Shown here piece by piece: positions 38,316 through 48,517 of a DNA stretch of 64,000 nt (positions are counted from its first letter, which is position 1; the number at the start of each line of letters is the position of its first letter). This DNA comes from a virus, in the IMG/VR virus record IMGVR_UViG_3300049783_001054, positions 1-64,000 of that record. One strand, written 5' to 3'. The notes under the pieces are model-generated. The model was given only the letters and a program-made list of their open reading frames with translations, was not told the origin of the DNA and made no database searches. A program made the translations under genes and the position numbers.

Positions 38316-38834
38316 ATGAACAGGATTAATAAAATCTTTATAGATGCTGCTGTTGGTTTTTACGTCGCGGCATGGCAACTGTTTATTGGCGTTGGGAAAT
38401 ATGGAAATGTTATTGTAGATAGTATTATGGAAGCAATTCGTCGTTTGCCATATTTGTTAAATGATTTGGGAAAATCAGATGGAGATACAAAACCAAGTGT
38501 TTATAACGCTGCAAACACATCTCTAAGTCATATTGCTATTGGTTTATGGACGGCTCTTGGTGCTTCAACTCTAGGTGCCCCAGTTTGGGTAGCTGTTTTG
38601 ATTGGATTTACTCCTTGGGGAGTAGTTTGGGAAGGAATCCAATATCATCGTATGCCTACTGTTAGAGTGTTACGTGACACAATGTTAGGTGACAACCCAT
38701 CTTACCTAGCTGGTGCATTAGCTATGTCTTTAGTTTGGGAGTATGGTTTTATCGCTTGGTTAAGTATGACCCCTATTTTGATTATTGTAGCTGGAATTGT
38801 AGGTATAAGTTTTGGTAGGGTACCACCTAAATAA
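38316..38834 (+). CDS. Multi-pass membrane protein
   Basis: Several hydrophobic helices with H...WE..Q...D residues; start after GAGGGA. Confidence 0.6.
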   Translation: MNRINKIFIDAAVGFYVAAWQLFIGVGKYGNVIVDSIMEAIRRLPYLLNDLGKSDGDTKPSVYNAANTSLSHIAIGLWTALGASTLGAPVWVAVLIGFTPWGVVWEGIQYHRMPTVRVLRDTMLGDNPSYLAGALAMSLVWEYGFIAWLSMTPILIIVAGIVGISFGRVPPK

Positions 38835-38839
38835 AAATT

Positions 38840-38882
38840 AAAAACCTCCCGGATTTAATTATCCGGGAGGTTAACTTTTTTA
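38840..38882. terminator. Bidirectional terminator between convergent genes
   Basis: AACCTCCCGGAT-TTAATT-ATCCGGGAGGTT with A/T tracts on both sides. Confidence 0.85.
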
Positions 38883-40631
38883 AGTAGGAGTATTATTGAA
38901 GATAATAGTTTCTTCATTAAGATTGAAACCAAGAGCATTCCAAGATTTCTTCTTTTTCTTTTTAAATGCCCAAAGTTTGGCATACTCTTTAGTATTATAG
39001 AAGAATCGAGCTTCTTCAATAATAGTATGAGTCTTTTCAGTAGTATTTTTAATTTCCATCATTGGAACAATTTCCTCATCTTTCTTAGGTTCAACAATTG
39101 GAAGTTCTTCAGAAACTGGAGAAGCTTCACCATGTTTAACCATAACAACAGTTTGTCCATAATTTTTCAAGCTATCCGTAAGAACTACAGCATCTACAAT
39201 AGACAAATTAGACCTAATAGGATTATTGAATCTACGTTCAGCAATATTCTTAGATTCAACAAGACTTAACTTATTACATGCACGGATACCTTTAATCAAA
39301 CTAATAAATTTATTATTAGCGTTGGTAACATAAACATCATACTTTTGTTCATTCAACTTTTTATATTCCACACAAAACTTTTCATAGTCATGCTTCTCCA
39401 TCCAACGAGAAATCGAACGAGTCGAAGTGTTGAAAGTCTTAGCAACATTAGTTTTGGTTTCATTCTTTGAAAGAAGAATGAATGCTTCATACACATCCTT
39501 GGGAAGACCCATAGTATCAGCAAACTCAGTATTTGCTTTAACCTGTCGAGCCTTTTCAAGAACATTCACAGTTTTAGATTCTTCAACAAGTTCAACTTTA
39601 TCTTCAGAAAGAGACTTTCCATTAGTAGGCTTTTGATCTTCAATAGGAGAAGTCACTTTATTGATTTCAAGATTAACTACTTTCAAAATATCTTTATCTT
39701 GAACAAAGATTTCTTCAAAAGGCTGAATATGAGTACCGTTTACAGCACTAGCGATAAGCTGTTCAAAGCTCTGATCACCAGAAACATGATTACCGCTTGT
39801 TACAGTTTTGTGAGTATTCGCACTCATCATACCAATGATATCATAGGAACAAACACGAGCCTTGGTATCTTCTCCTTGTGGTACAGCGATGAAATTCTCA
39901 GGATCAACAAGAACAATGAGAGTTTTATCTCCATAAAAACTACCAAGGTATCCAAGATTTGCAACATGCAAACCAGTAGAGCAAGAATTATGGCGACTTG
40001 AATCAACTAAATCTACTCGCATAGAAACACGAGAACCAACACGCTGTTTGATAATCTTAGTATGACAATCTGTTACGTAACCTTCATCACTGCTGGCAAT
40101 AACACGCTTATAAGCAATAATTCGGCCACTGTTTGTCAAAGGCATTTCAGACTTTTTGATGAACTTCATCAAATCTTCTCCAGAATGCTTACGAGCCTGA
40201 ATGACAGGTGCCAGACGCTTAAAGAAGTTGATGACAGAAGGACTGCCATCAGCGGCTGCACGAGCCATATGGGCCTGTAGGTTGTCGATGTGAGGGATGA
40301 CAACCTTATTTTCTCCTACAGTTACCTCTACAGCCATAACAGTTGGGAAGAACACACCTTGCACAGTCTTACCATTGATAATGTGAGTCATGACAATACC
40401 AGCCTTAGCCATATCATCGAGATTCATTGCAGGTGCAACTTTAATGTATTTAGAGAGATCAATATCAACCGGGGACTTACCAGTAAGAAGCGGAGAAATA
40501 AAATCACTGATTTTGTTGGTGTCATAAATACCAGTAAAAGCCATATCAATGATTTCACCTGTTGCAGTAAAAATAGTAATTTTAGAATTACTAGCAAGCA
40601 TAGACATTACTTGTTTGACGTTTGTGGTCAT
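38880..40631 (-). CDS. rIIB: rIIB-like protein with an HTH and a ribosomal bL12 C-terminal-like domain
   Basis: IIAYKRV, CSTGLHVA, VDPENFIAVP, KARVCSY; directly downstream of rIIA. Confidence 0.85.
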   Translation of the reverse strand: MTTNVKQVMSMLASNSKITIFTATGEIIDMAFTGIYDTNKISDFISPLLTGKSPVDIDLSKYIKVAPAMNLDDMAKAGIVMTHIINGKTVQGVFFPTVMAVEVTVGENKVVIPHIDNLQAHMARAAADGSPSVINFFKRLAPVIQARKHSGEDLMKFIKKSEMPLTNSGRIIAYKRVIASSDEGYVTDCHTKIIKQRVGSRVSMRVDLVDSSRHNSCSTGLHVANLGYLGSFYGDKTLIVLVDPENFIAVPQGEDTKARVCSYDIIGMMSANTHKTVTSGNHVSGDQSFEQLIASAVNGTHIQPFEEIFVQDKDILKVVNLEINKVTSPIEDQKPTNGKSLSEDKVELVEESKTVNVLEKARQVKANTEFADTMGLPKDVYEAFILLSKNETKTNVAKTFNTSTRSISRWMEKHDYEKFCVEYKKLNEQKYDVYVTNANNKFISLIKGIRACNKLSLVESKNIAERRFNNPIRSNLSIVDAVVLTDSLKNYGQTVVMVKHGEASPVSEELPIVEPKKDEEIVPMMEIKNTTEKTHTIIEEARFFYNTKEYAKLWAFKKKKKKSWNALGFNLNEETIIFNNTPT

Positions 40632-40647
40632 TAGATTTTCCTTTGGT

Positions 40648-43224
40648 TTAGCTGTTTCGAATGAAACAAGCAATTGTATTAGCTAGAGTTTCTTTTTCTG
40701 TGTCATCTAAATTAAACCATTTGTTTTTAATAGTAGACTCACAGAAAAATTGTGAAGAAATAATAGCATTAAATACTTTATCTTTTTGAGGATCTGCATT
40801 CCAAACTGTATAAATATTAGCTTTAATTAGATCAGTTTGGTCTTTTAAATTAAGCCAACTTTCAACTGTAAGAGCGTTGAGAATTTTAAGATCATCCCAG
40901 AATTTAGTATCATTTTCTTTGACACTAGAAACTCCAAAAGCTTTTTGAATTGAAGGATATGTATACAACTTAAAAGGAACATTTGAATTACTAGAAATCT
41001 TAGACAATCTGACAAGATTTCTAAAACGATAAACATTAGACTCAATACTTATAAACCATTCTTTCACACAATCAGAGAATGGTTTTATGTTGTCTTTTAT
41101 TAGTTTATTTGCTTGAGTATTAGTATTCACCATAGCAATATCTGGGTAGACTTTAAGAATAGATAAAATGGTTTCTCTTTTTGGGACGTCAAGATTTGAT
41201 CTACAGTATTGATTTGTTGTATGACTTTTACTAAGATGTAGAAAATGGGTAGGTTTTACTAAGAAATCTCCTTTAAAAGGAAAACCCTCATAGCCTCCTT
41301 TATGTTCTTTCCAACCATCATTATTTACATTAATCCTATGATACTGATCAGAGACAACCTTAACCTTATTAGTGTTAGTAGTTTTTTTCTCTTTAAAAAC
41401 TTCAGGAGCTTCAATAACTTTAAAGCCCATATTTTTAAAAATCTCTAAGGCTTTTGCATATGCACCTTTCCTACTATGAACAATGTAAGCTGGAACTATT
41501 TTGTAATTACTAGCCCCACTGTAAGCGGTACTGTTACAATCTACTGTTGTAGATAGGACATCCTCATAATTGCTATTTTGCCTAGAAAGAGATTCAACTG
41601 TTTTAGCTAAAATTACAACATTTGATGCTAACAGTTGAATAATTTCTCTATTATTATACTTACTCCAAATTTTATCAGGAGAGTTTAGAGTTTTAATTTT
41701 ATTAGGTTTACTGTTTAGATGTTTATTACCATCAATGCGAGATTGAATAGGTTTACTTCTTAGAATAATTTCCCATTTATCTCCTGAATCCATTCGAAGT
41801 TTTGGCTTACCTAGAGTATGGTCATCAGGATAATGCTTTAATAGTTCCTGTTCAAACAAATACAATTTTTTAATTTGATTTGGCATTACCCAAGAAGCAA
41901 TAAGATTACTAGTACTTTTACTCATTATTGTATGTTCACTTTCTTTTAATACTTTGAAAGCAAAATGTTTATGTTCTGGGTAGAATTTAACAAAACTTGA
42001 ACATAAAAGGTTTATGAATTTTTTCTCAGTCAACATACTAATGAATGTATTAATATTTTGTTTCATCAAATGAACAGCAATTTTCCATACTTCTTCATTT
42101 ATACCTTCAGGGATATTATACTTTTTTTGACCATAAAACCCAGAGATATGTGAATTTTTATGAGTATTTAGTACATAATGCAAAGCAAAATAAGGTTCAA
42201 TATTGTTTCTAATACACACTTTAAATGTGTATTCAAAATACTCTTTAACCAAAGGTTCAATTACTACTTGGAATTGCTCCATACATAGTTCTAGACCAAC
42301 TCGGATATTCTCTTTGGTTTTAGAGTTCAAGTTAAGACCTTCACGATTAGGCAAAGGACTGAGAGTGTGAGGTGCAAAACCAACACAAATTGGGTATACC
42401 TGAGAAATTTGATTTATAAAATTAAACTCTGAAAGATACTCTTCTTTAGGTGGTATTTCATATCGAACACCCCCATATACAGCATACATTTTTTGTGATG
42501 TATGGCTTGTATAGTAATTATACTTATCAGTTTTAACTTCTCTATTGTCTAGGATATATTGTGATGGTGTAAGGGTTATAGAATCAATATACCTCATTTC
42601 ATCATCTTTGTAGTAGATATTTGCTTTAATACCAGAAAGATAGAGTACATCTTTTACAGTTTTATAGGTTGCATAGATATCTTTACCTAGAAGAGGGATA
42701 GATACAGCTAGTCCAGTTTCTTCAGTAGGAAATGACATAAGCTCTGTCATGCCCGGTTTACCTGCAACATCATCAGAAACTCGACTCATAAGGTACATGG
42801 TTTTAGTACCAAGATGGTGAGAAGACACTGTGAAAGATTCAGTGTAAGACCAAGGAGATTTAGAACCAAGTCCAAATCCTCCAGTTTGATCTTCATCATC
42901 ACGCTTGGTAGAAGCTGCATAGGTGCAGTAAATATCTGCCATCATTTGATCATGAATTCCGGGACCATAATCACGAACAACAAATCCAGACTCTTCACTG
43001 ATATAAATATCAATTGGTTTATCTTGGCATTTACTCATACGATGAGCATCCCAAGCATTAAACATAACTTCTTGGATCATTGCACGATGTGGGTTTGCAT
43101 AGAATCCAGTAGAAAGCATACTCATCAGCATAGGATCATCTGAAACTTTGAATCCTACTGTTTTTTTGACACCTCCAATTAGAACTTCTTTTTGTGCAAA
43201 CTGATCATTAGTCATGACTTGCAT
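40648..43224 (-). CDS. rIIA: rIIA-like protein (N-terminal GHKL/Hsp90-type ATPase)
   Basis: YANPHRAMIQEVMFNAWDAH, VRDYGPG, STK...GGFGLGSKSP, PNREGL. Confidence 0.9.
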   Translation of the reverse strand: MQVMTNDQFAQKEVLIGGVKKTVGFKVSDDPMLMSMLSTGFYANPHRAMIQEVMFNAWDAHRMSKCQDKPIDIYISEESGFVVRDYGPGIHDQMMADIYCTYAASTKRDDEDQTGGFGLGSKSPWSYTESFTVSSHHLGTKTMYLMSRVSDDVAGKPGMTELMSFPTEETGLAVSIPLLGKDIYATYKTVKDVLYLSGIKANIYYKDDEMRYIDSITLTPSQYILDNREVKTDKYNYYTSHTSQKMYAVYGGVRYEIPPKEEYLSEFNFINQISQVYPICVGFAPHTLSPLPNREGLNLNSKTKENIRVGLELCMEQFQVVIEPLVKEYFEYTFKVCIRNNIEPYFALHYVLNTHKNSHISGFYGQKKYNIPEGINEEVWKIAVHLMKQNINTFISMLTEKKFINLLCSSFVKFYPEHKHFAFKVLKESEHTIMSKSTSNLIASWVMPNQIKKLYLFEQELLKHYPDDHTLGKPKLRMDSGDKWEIILRSKPIQSRIDGNKHLNSKPNKIKTLNSPDKIWSKYNNREIIQLLASNVVILAKTVESLSRQNSNYEDVLSTTVDCNSTAYSGASNYKIVPAYIVHSRKGAYAKALEIFKNMGFKVIEAPEVFKEKKTTNTNKVKVVSDQYHRINVNNDGWKEHKGGYEGFPFKGDFLVKPTHFLHLSKSHTTNQYCRSNLDVPKRETILSILKVYPDIAMVNTNTQANKLIKDNIKPFSDCVKEWFISIESNVYRFRNLVRLSKISSNSNVPFKLYTYPSIQKAFGVSSVKENDTKFWDDLKILNALTVESWLNLKDQTDLIKANIYTVWNADPQKDKVFNAIISSQFFCESTIKNKWFNLDDTEKETLANTIACFIRNS

Positions 43225-43258
43225 TGATATTTCCTTAGTTTGTGTGAGTTAAATTATC

Positions 43259-43292
43259 AAAAAAGAAAGCCCCCAGATTTCTCTGGGGGCTT
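43259..43292 (-). terminator. Intrinsic terminator
   Basis: AAGCCCCCAGA-GAAA-TCTGGGGGCTT followed by TCTTTTTT on the - strand. Confidence 0.85.
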
Positions 43293-43467
43293 AAGGGTTT
43301 TTACAAAGCTAAAGTTTCAATTTACAAACTGTCTTTGCTACTCGATAAATAACCCTATTCTCTATTAACTCCAATAAACTCAACTTTAAAATTTGAAATT
43401 ATCAAATCCAAAAAGCTATTACTTAAAGGTAACAATTTAAGAGTCGATTAGTAGTTAAAATTACAAG

Positions 43468-43500
43468 AACCAAAAAAGAAACCGGGTTTCCCCGATTTCT
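43468..43500 (-). terminator. Terminator after the tailspike gene
   Basis: AGAAATCGGG-AAA-CCCGGTTTCT followed by TTTTTGGTT. Confidence 0.75.
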
Positions 43501-43512
43501 ATATTTTAGATA

Positions 43513-46074
43513 TTACAGAATCTGTTCAATAGTGATAACACTGTAAACTTCACTTACACCAAAATTAGCAGCACGTCCAAAGCCTTCTGTAGCAAAAGTA
43601 GCTGTACCTCTATGTTGAAGCTCAAAGACTGTAGGTGCTGCAAGTGTAATAATACCAGAAAGAGAACTATTATTCTGAGTATTATCACCTGCATCAGAGC
43701 TTGCCATAGCTCCAATAATATCATCAGAGCTATCTGTGATATTATATAACTTAACCAAATGATGGTTAACTTTAAGGGCTGGAGCGGTTGCTGAAACTCT
43801 GAATGTACCTATAGGCAAAGTAATCTGGTTAGTAGTTAAGGATGCTCCTGTGATGTTGTTATAACGAACATTATTTAAATCTCGTGTTTCCCAAGCACCT
43901 GCTGTAAAGGTTCCACCTTCAACATTGTTAGCTTTTTCATCTGTAACAATCATAAGGTTAGACACTAAACCTGTAAGTGCTGACCCATCTCCAATAAAAT
44001 TATCCGCAGTCATAGCCCCTGTAGCATTTAATTCTGAGAATGCTCCAGCTATAGGACCAGTAATAGTACTGTTCACATACCCATTAGATGCAATCCACAT
44101 ATTTGGTTTTTTAGTGCCAATTCTTTCCGCTAAACCAATATTTAGGATCGGTGCATAGATATTAGCAGCCGTACCAAACTCACCATTACGGAAACTTAAA
44201 CGTATGGTTCCATCTGAAGGTACTAAGAATTGAATGTATTTGTAATACCCTCCATTGGTAACTGACCCAGAACCAAAATATCTAGAAAATACAACAGTGT
44301 TTGAACCATCTTTAACAGTAAAGAGTAGGTTGCCAAGTCCTAGTGCACCAGTCCAATCAACCCAAAATTGAAGAGTCATCACTGTTCCTGCTACAAGACC
44401 TGTGGTTTCATAAGATACTGTTTTTTCGCCCATAATTGAAACAGATGCCCCTGAAGGTGCAACAACAAGTGTCCCAGAAACAAAATTTCCCGGTTCAACT
44501 TGAATTCCACTAGAATCTTGAGTCCACCCAGTTAACGTAGTTCCTAAACCACCATTAAAGTTTGGTAAAATATTTGACATAAGCGATGTAGGTAAAGCTT
44601 TTGAAATTAACTGAGGGAACCACGTTGTGTTATCTGTGATATTAATTCCACCCGGAGCCGTTGTAGGATCTAGCTGAGGCTCTAAAGTGAAACCTCTAGC
44701 AGTTAGTGTGGCTTGATCTGATAAAGACCCATTAAATTCACCAGTACAAGGAACCCAATATTTAATTTTTGCAGGAGTGCTCGGATTTGCATTAATCCAC
44801 TCACCAAGGCTGATCTGAGTACCTTGAGCGATTGTTACATCTGCTGATGCAATTCGAGTACTGGTAAATTGCATTCGTGTATCGTTAGTAGGGTTAGCTG
44901 CCCAACCCAACATGAATTTACCAACATTAATGGTGACTCCACCAATTATATGTGCACCACCATTAGAGTTGTGGATATGAATAGCAGACCATTTTGTTCC
45001 AAAAACAGCAAGAGCATATGCATACCCTTCGTTATGACAAGCAGTAAAATTTATTTTATTGCAAGTGTAGTAGTCTCTAAATAGTGCATCTGTATCTGCT
45101 TTTTCTGCACCAAGTTTAACGAAGGTTCCACGATTATTGTAAAGAGAATCTAGATTACCATCATCATTAGTGAAGTTTTCACCAATTAAAGCACCATTTT
45201 CATACCCAGAACTAAGTCCATGATTGCGATTGAATTCTGTATCAACTGAGTTTGCCGCAACACAGATAGCTCCACCACTACGATCACCTTTATCTACATC
45301 GTTGAAGATAAGACCATAATCATAAGCAGCTTTACCACCACAGCATCTGAAGTTATTATCTTCAATGATACTATCGCCCCAGCTTTTGTATAAGTATAAG
45401 CCCCAACCACTAATATCTTGGAATCCACAATTAACAACTCGGTTTGTTCCGAAGCCTTGTGTGAAATCATCACCTAAGTCTTCAGTAACATCTTCATCAG
45501 CCACCATTGTAGCATAGCCAAGACGACCTCCAAGTTGCCCGGTGTATCCAACGATATCCCAAATATCAATTGTAGGTACCACACCACCAGCATACCCAAA
45601 TAGAACACCTTCAATATCTAATCTGCCAAAGACAGCATCAGACACACCGTCAGTGTTTTGCCAAATAGGATTACCATTACTTAAAAGACTAGTCAGTGAG
45701 CCAGTCCAACGGTTATTACCCGGTGCACCTGCTCCACGGATAGTACATAAACCAATGTAAATAGTGCCTGAACAGAAATACTTTCCACCCGGCCATTCAC
45801 CTTTAAGCTTGTTTGTTCTTAGGTGAGCTGCCCACGCATTAATCGCTACTGTATTGTCGGTCCCAGTAGTTACGCCTGCGACTGTCACAGCATCATCTAC
45901 AGCACCAAAATCTTGTGGTGTAGGTAAGTTAGATATTCCTTGGATGCCTTGTATGCCCTGAATACCTTGAGGACCAGCAACATTACTCACACCATCAATA
46001 CCTTTATCCCCTTTAGGTCCATTAAGACCATAAACGGTTAAAGTTAAAGCTGAGTCTGTACTTAAATTATACAT
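43513..46074 (-). CDS. Tailspike/tail fibre (collagen-like neck, pectate-lyase-like beta-helix, C-terminal beta domains)
   Basis: GPKGDKG and GPQGIQGIQGIQG repeats; TPQDFGAVDD...DNTVAINAW...PGGKY beta-helix cap; C-terminal DEK...GGTF...W.TRDLN domain. Confidence 0.8.
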   Translation of the reverse strand: MYNLSTDSALTLTVYGLNGPKGDKGIDGVSNVAGPQGIQGIQGIQGISNLPTPQDFGAVDDAVTVAGVTTGTDNTVAINAWAAHLRTNKLKGEWPGGKYFCSGTIYIGLCTIRGAGAPGNNRWTGSLTSLLSNGNPIWQNTDGVSDAVFGRLDIEGVLFGYAGGVVPTIDIWDIVGYTGQLGGRLGYATMVADEDVTEDLGDDFTQGFGTNRVVNCGFQDISGWGLYLYKSWGDSIIEDNNFRCCGGKAAYDYGLIFNDVDKGDRSGGAICVAANSVDTEFNRNHGLSSGYENGALIGENFTNDDGNLDSLYNNRGTFVKLGAEKADTDALFRDYYTCNKINFTACHNEGYAYALAVFGTKWSAIHIHNSNGGAHIIGGVTINVGKFMLGWAANPTNDTRMQFTSTRIASADVTIAQGTQISLGEWINANPSTPAKIKYWVPCTGEFNGSLSDQATLTARGFTLEPQLDPTTAPGGINITDNTTWFPQLISKALPTSLMSNILPNFNGGLGTTLTGWTQDSSGIQVEPGNFVSGTLVVAPSGASVSIMGEKTVSYETTGLVAGTVMTLQFWVDWTGALGLGNLLFTVKDGSNTVVFSRYFGSGSVTNGGYYKYIQFLVPSDGTIRLSFRNGEFGTAANIYAPILNIGLAERIGTKKPNMWIASNGYVNSTITGPIAGAFSELNATGAMTADNFIGDGSALTGLVSNLMIVTDEKANNVEGGTFTAGAWETRDLNNVRYNNITGASLTTNQITLPIGTFRVSATAPALKVNHHLVKLYNITDSSDDIIGAMASSDAGDNTQNNSSLSGIITLAAPTVFELQHRGTATFATEGFGRAANFGVSEVYSVITIEQIL

Positions 46075-46537
46075 TAGTGATATCCCTCTCTACCTCAACA
46101 GAGAAAGTCTCAGATGAGATTTTACCAGATGTTGTTGTAAACTGAACATCTGTAACATACTTTCTAGGAATCCATAAAGAGGTAAAAGACCCATCTCTAG
46201 AAATTGTAAATTTACCAGTAAGAGGTTCAGGGATAGTAACAATAAAAGTATCAAATAATTTACCACACCAACGTAATTGAGAGGTAATAACCCAATCTGT
46301 AATATCAACAATTATAGCTAAAGCATAAGCAGCTTCATTGTTGGTGATTACAGTTTCAGCATCAGAAATAGCTACTGGATCTTGTGGGTCTACTTTTCGA
46401 AGTGAGATAAGATTAACTTTTGATAATTCTAAAGCAGCTTTAGCATTTACAGCCGTTTCATTTAGAGTATCTGTAAGTGTGAAATTTAAACTGAAATCAT
46501 CACCTTGTTTAATTTTAAGTTTTTTAATGTTTGGCAT
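46067..46537 (-). CDS. BppU-like tail adaptor protein
   Basis: LKIKQGDDFSLNF...DITDW...SQLR...YVTDVQFT...SSETF.V.VERDIT; coupled to the tailspike start. Confidence 0.65.
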   Translation of the reverse strand: MPNIKKLKIKQGDDFSLNFTLTDTLNETAVNAKAALELSKVNLISLRKVDPQDPVAISDAETVITNNEAAYALAIIVDITDWVITSQLRWCGKLFDTFIVTIPEPLTGKFTISRDGSFTSLWIPRKYVTDVQFTTTSGKISSETFSVEVERDITNV

Positions 46538-46580
46538 ATTTTGAAGACTCCAATTAAAAGATTCAATTATGCTATAACAT

Positions 46581-46623
46581 AAAAAAAGAGAGCAAGGGAA
46601 TAGGAATACCCTTGCTCTCTTTA
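46581..46623 (-). terminator. Intrinsic terminator after thyX
   Basis: AAAGAGAGCAAGGG...CCCTTGCTCTCTTT with a T tract on the - strand. Confidence 0.8.
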
Positions 46624-46637
46624 AAGTCAATCACTTT

Positions 46638-48017
46638 TCATGTTTTACTATCATATTTACTTATAATGGATTCTAGTTGAGCAATTTCACTCTTTGCCAT
46701 ACCTTTTACAAAATTACCGCTAATAAGGGATTCAATTTGAAGAGGTGTCAATTTAAATGACTGACGTTCACGCATATAGGCTGCGTAAACCAATGGAAAG
46801 AATCGTTCAACAGCTTCACCAATTAGTTTAGCATAAACACGGATTTCCCATTGAGCATGATCATCGTCTCTCAAATAGAGAAACTTAATCAAATTGGAAA
46901 CATCCATTTTCCAAACACATTCAGTGTAGGTGTTCAGAGGTAGAATAATTCGAGCAGTTTCACGAGAAACATTAGACTCTAGAAGTGCTTCATACATATC
47001 AAATGAATGATTGGAAGCTTCTTTAATACAGAATTGAATTCCAGAAGCTACATCAAAAGGTAAAGGATCACCAGACATTTGTTTATTGACAGTATCTTGA
47101 TACATAATTTTGTCAACTTCAGGAACATAGAAAAGTCGAACCATTTTAGAATACCGACCAGAATATTCATTAAGGTTGGCAGTTCGGTGACGAACCAACT
47201 GACGCATTACAAAGATTGGCAAACGCATGTGGAACTTAATCTCTCCCATTTCAAGTGGAGAAGTGTGATGATTTCGAATCAGATAATTAATTAGTCCTTT
47301 ATCATTGTTTACCTTCTTGGTTCCACGTCCATAAGACATTCGAGCCGATTCAGCAATCTCAGCATCGCTATCAAAGACTCCTTTAACTTCAAAGAATCCA
47401 TGATCAAGAACAGTAACTGCATTAGCGGGTTTATCTTCCCATTCAAGACGTTCTTCTAGTTTTGGTTCAGAGTATTCAATTCCATCAGGTGCAGTGAAAT
47501 TAACATCAAAACCTTCACCATGGAGAAGCTCTTTGAGATTATCAATAGCAACTTCTATGTTAGATTCTGGACCACCATTATCAATGATTATATGTGCTTC
47601 ACTAGGAGTTAACTGATTGGAGTTTTTATTCTCATCAGGTAAACGTGCAGAAGCATCAACCCAAATCACATAATCAAATAGCTTACGTTCCATACATGCT
47701 CTGTACTCATCAAGGGCACGCATACCAACATACATATCATTACCCTCTTCAAACATTTCTTCTACAGTACGACATTTGTTTGGAGTATTGTATGCTGAGA
47801 TTAGATTATGCCAAATAGTTCGATGGTTTACACGATCCTCATACATCTTATGAGAAGTAACATACCTTTCTTTGCCCCATTGATCCCAAATAGCTTTAAG
47901 TCCAACAAAGTGAGAAGAAGATGTAAATTTAAGTCCCATTTTTTCTGCAATCATACTAGCCACGGTATCTTTACCGTGGCGAGCATGACCAATAATAAGG
48001 AGCTTGGGCTTACGCAT
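46638..48017 (-). CDS. thyX: Fusion of a dNMP-kinase-like P-loop domain and flavin-dependent thymidylate synthase
   Basis: N-terminal IIGHARHGKDT; C-terminal ThyX motifs SARMSY, HTSPLE, RHRTANLNEYSGRY, HAQWEIR. Confidence 0.88.
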   Translation of the reverse strand: MRKPKLLIIGHARHGKDTVASMIAEKMGLKFTSSSHFVGLKAIWDQWGKERYVTSHKMYEDRVNHRTIWHNLISAYNTPNKCRTVEEMFEEGNDMYVGMRALDEYRACMERKLFDYVIWVDASARLPDENKNSNQLTPSEAHIIIDNGGPESNIEVAIDNLKELLHGEGFDVNFTAPDGIEYSEPKLEERLEWEDKPANAVTVLDHGFFEVKGVFDSDAEIAESARMSYGRGTKKVNNDKGLINYLIRNHHTSPLEMGEIKFHMRLPIFVMRQLVRHRTANLNEYSGRYSKMVRLFYVPEVDKIMYQDTVNKQMSGDPLPFDVASGIQFCIKEASNHSFDMYEALLESNVSRETARIILPLNTYTECVWKMDVSNLIKFLYLRDDDHAQWEIRVYAKLIGEAVERFFPLVYAAYMRERQSFKLTPLQIESLISGNFVKGMAKSEIAQLESIISKYDSKT

Positions 48018-48498
48018 GTTGACGACTCATCACTGTATTGAGTGTAGTGAGAGAAGCTTCCAATTTAATTTTCAAATTATAATTATCACTCATACCTTTT
48101 TCATGAAAGGCTGCAAGTTCAACATTCTGTTTACTTAGCTTTTCATAGTTTTTATTGAGATTTGAGAGCTTTGATTCAGTTGCATTATACAAATTAATCA
48201 AACTTTCCAATGTAGTAGCAGCATTGAATGCAAGAAAAGCAGTAAGTTCTTTTTCTGCCATGATATGCTTACGAGCTTTAGCATGACGACTTTTCTCAGT
48301 TTCGAGAAGATCCTGAAGAGCAACCAAAGCACGGTCTTTATCTTCAATACTCAATGCAAGCATATCAACACGCTCTTGCTTATCAATTTTTTTACTTACG
48401 AGCTTACGGATTTCCTTCATTCGAACACGAGGATCAACATAAGCGATAGCAGGAATATGCATATCTTCTACCTTTTCAGAGTTAAACAGTTTAAGCAT
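48010..48498 (-). CDS. Coiled-coil hypothetical protein
   Basis: Start MLKLFN after AAGGA; heptad-rich. Confidence 0.55.
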   Translation of the reverse strand: MLKLFNSEKVEDMHIPAIAYVDPRVRMKEIRKLVSKKIDKQERVDMLALSIEDKDRALVALQDLLETEKSRHAKARKHIMAEKELTAFLAFNAATTLESLINLYNATESKLSNLNKNYEKLSKQNVELAAFHEKGMSDNYNLKIKLEASLTTLNTVMSRQHA

Positions 48499-48517
48499 TT
48501 TAGTTTCCTTGAATTTT

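Noticed and set aside
43469-43490. CCAAAAAAGAAAC-CGG-GTTTC resembling a vRNAP promoter
   Set aside because: The loop is not GNA, and the sequence is better explained as the - strand terminator of the tailspike gene.
45935-45975. Short tandem DNA repeat
   Set aside because: It simply encodes the GIQ collagen-like repeat of the tailspike.
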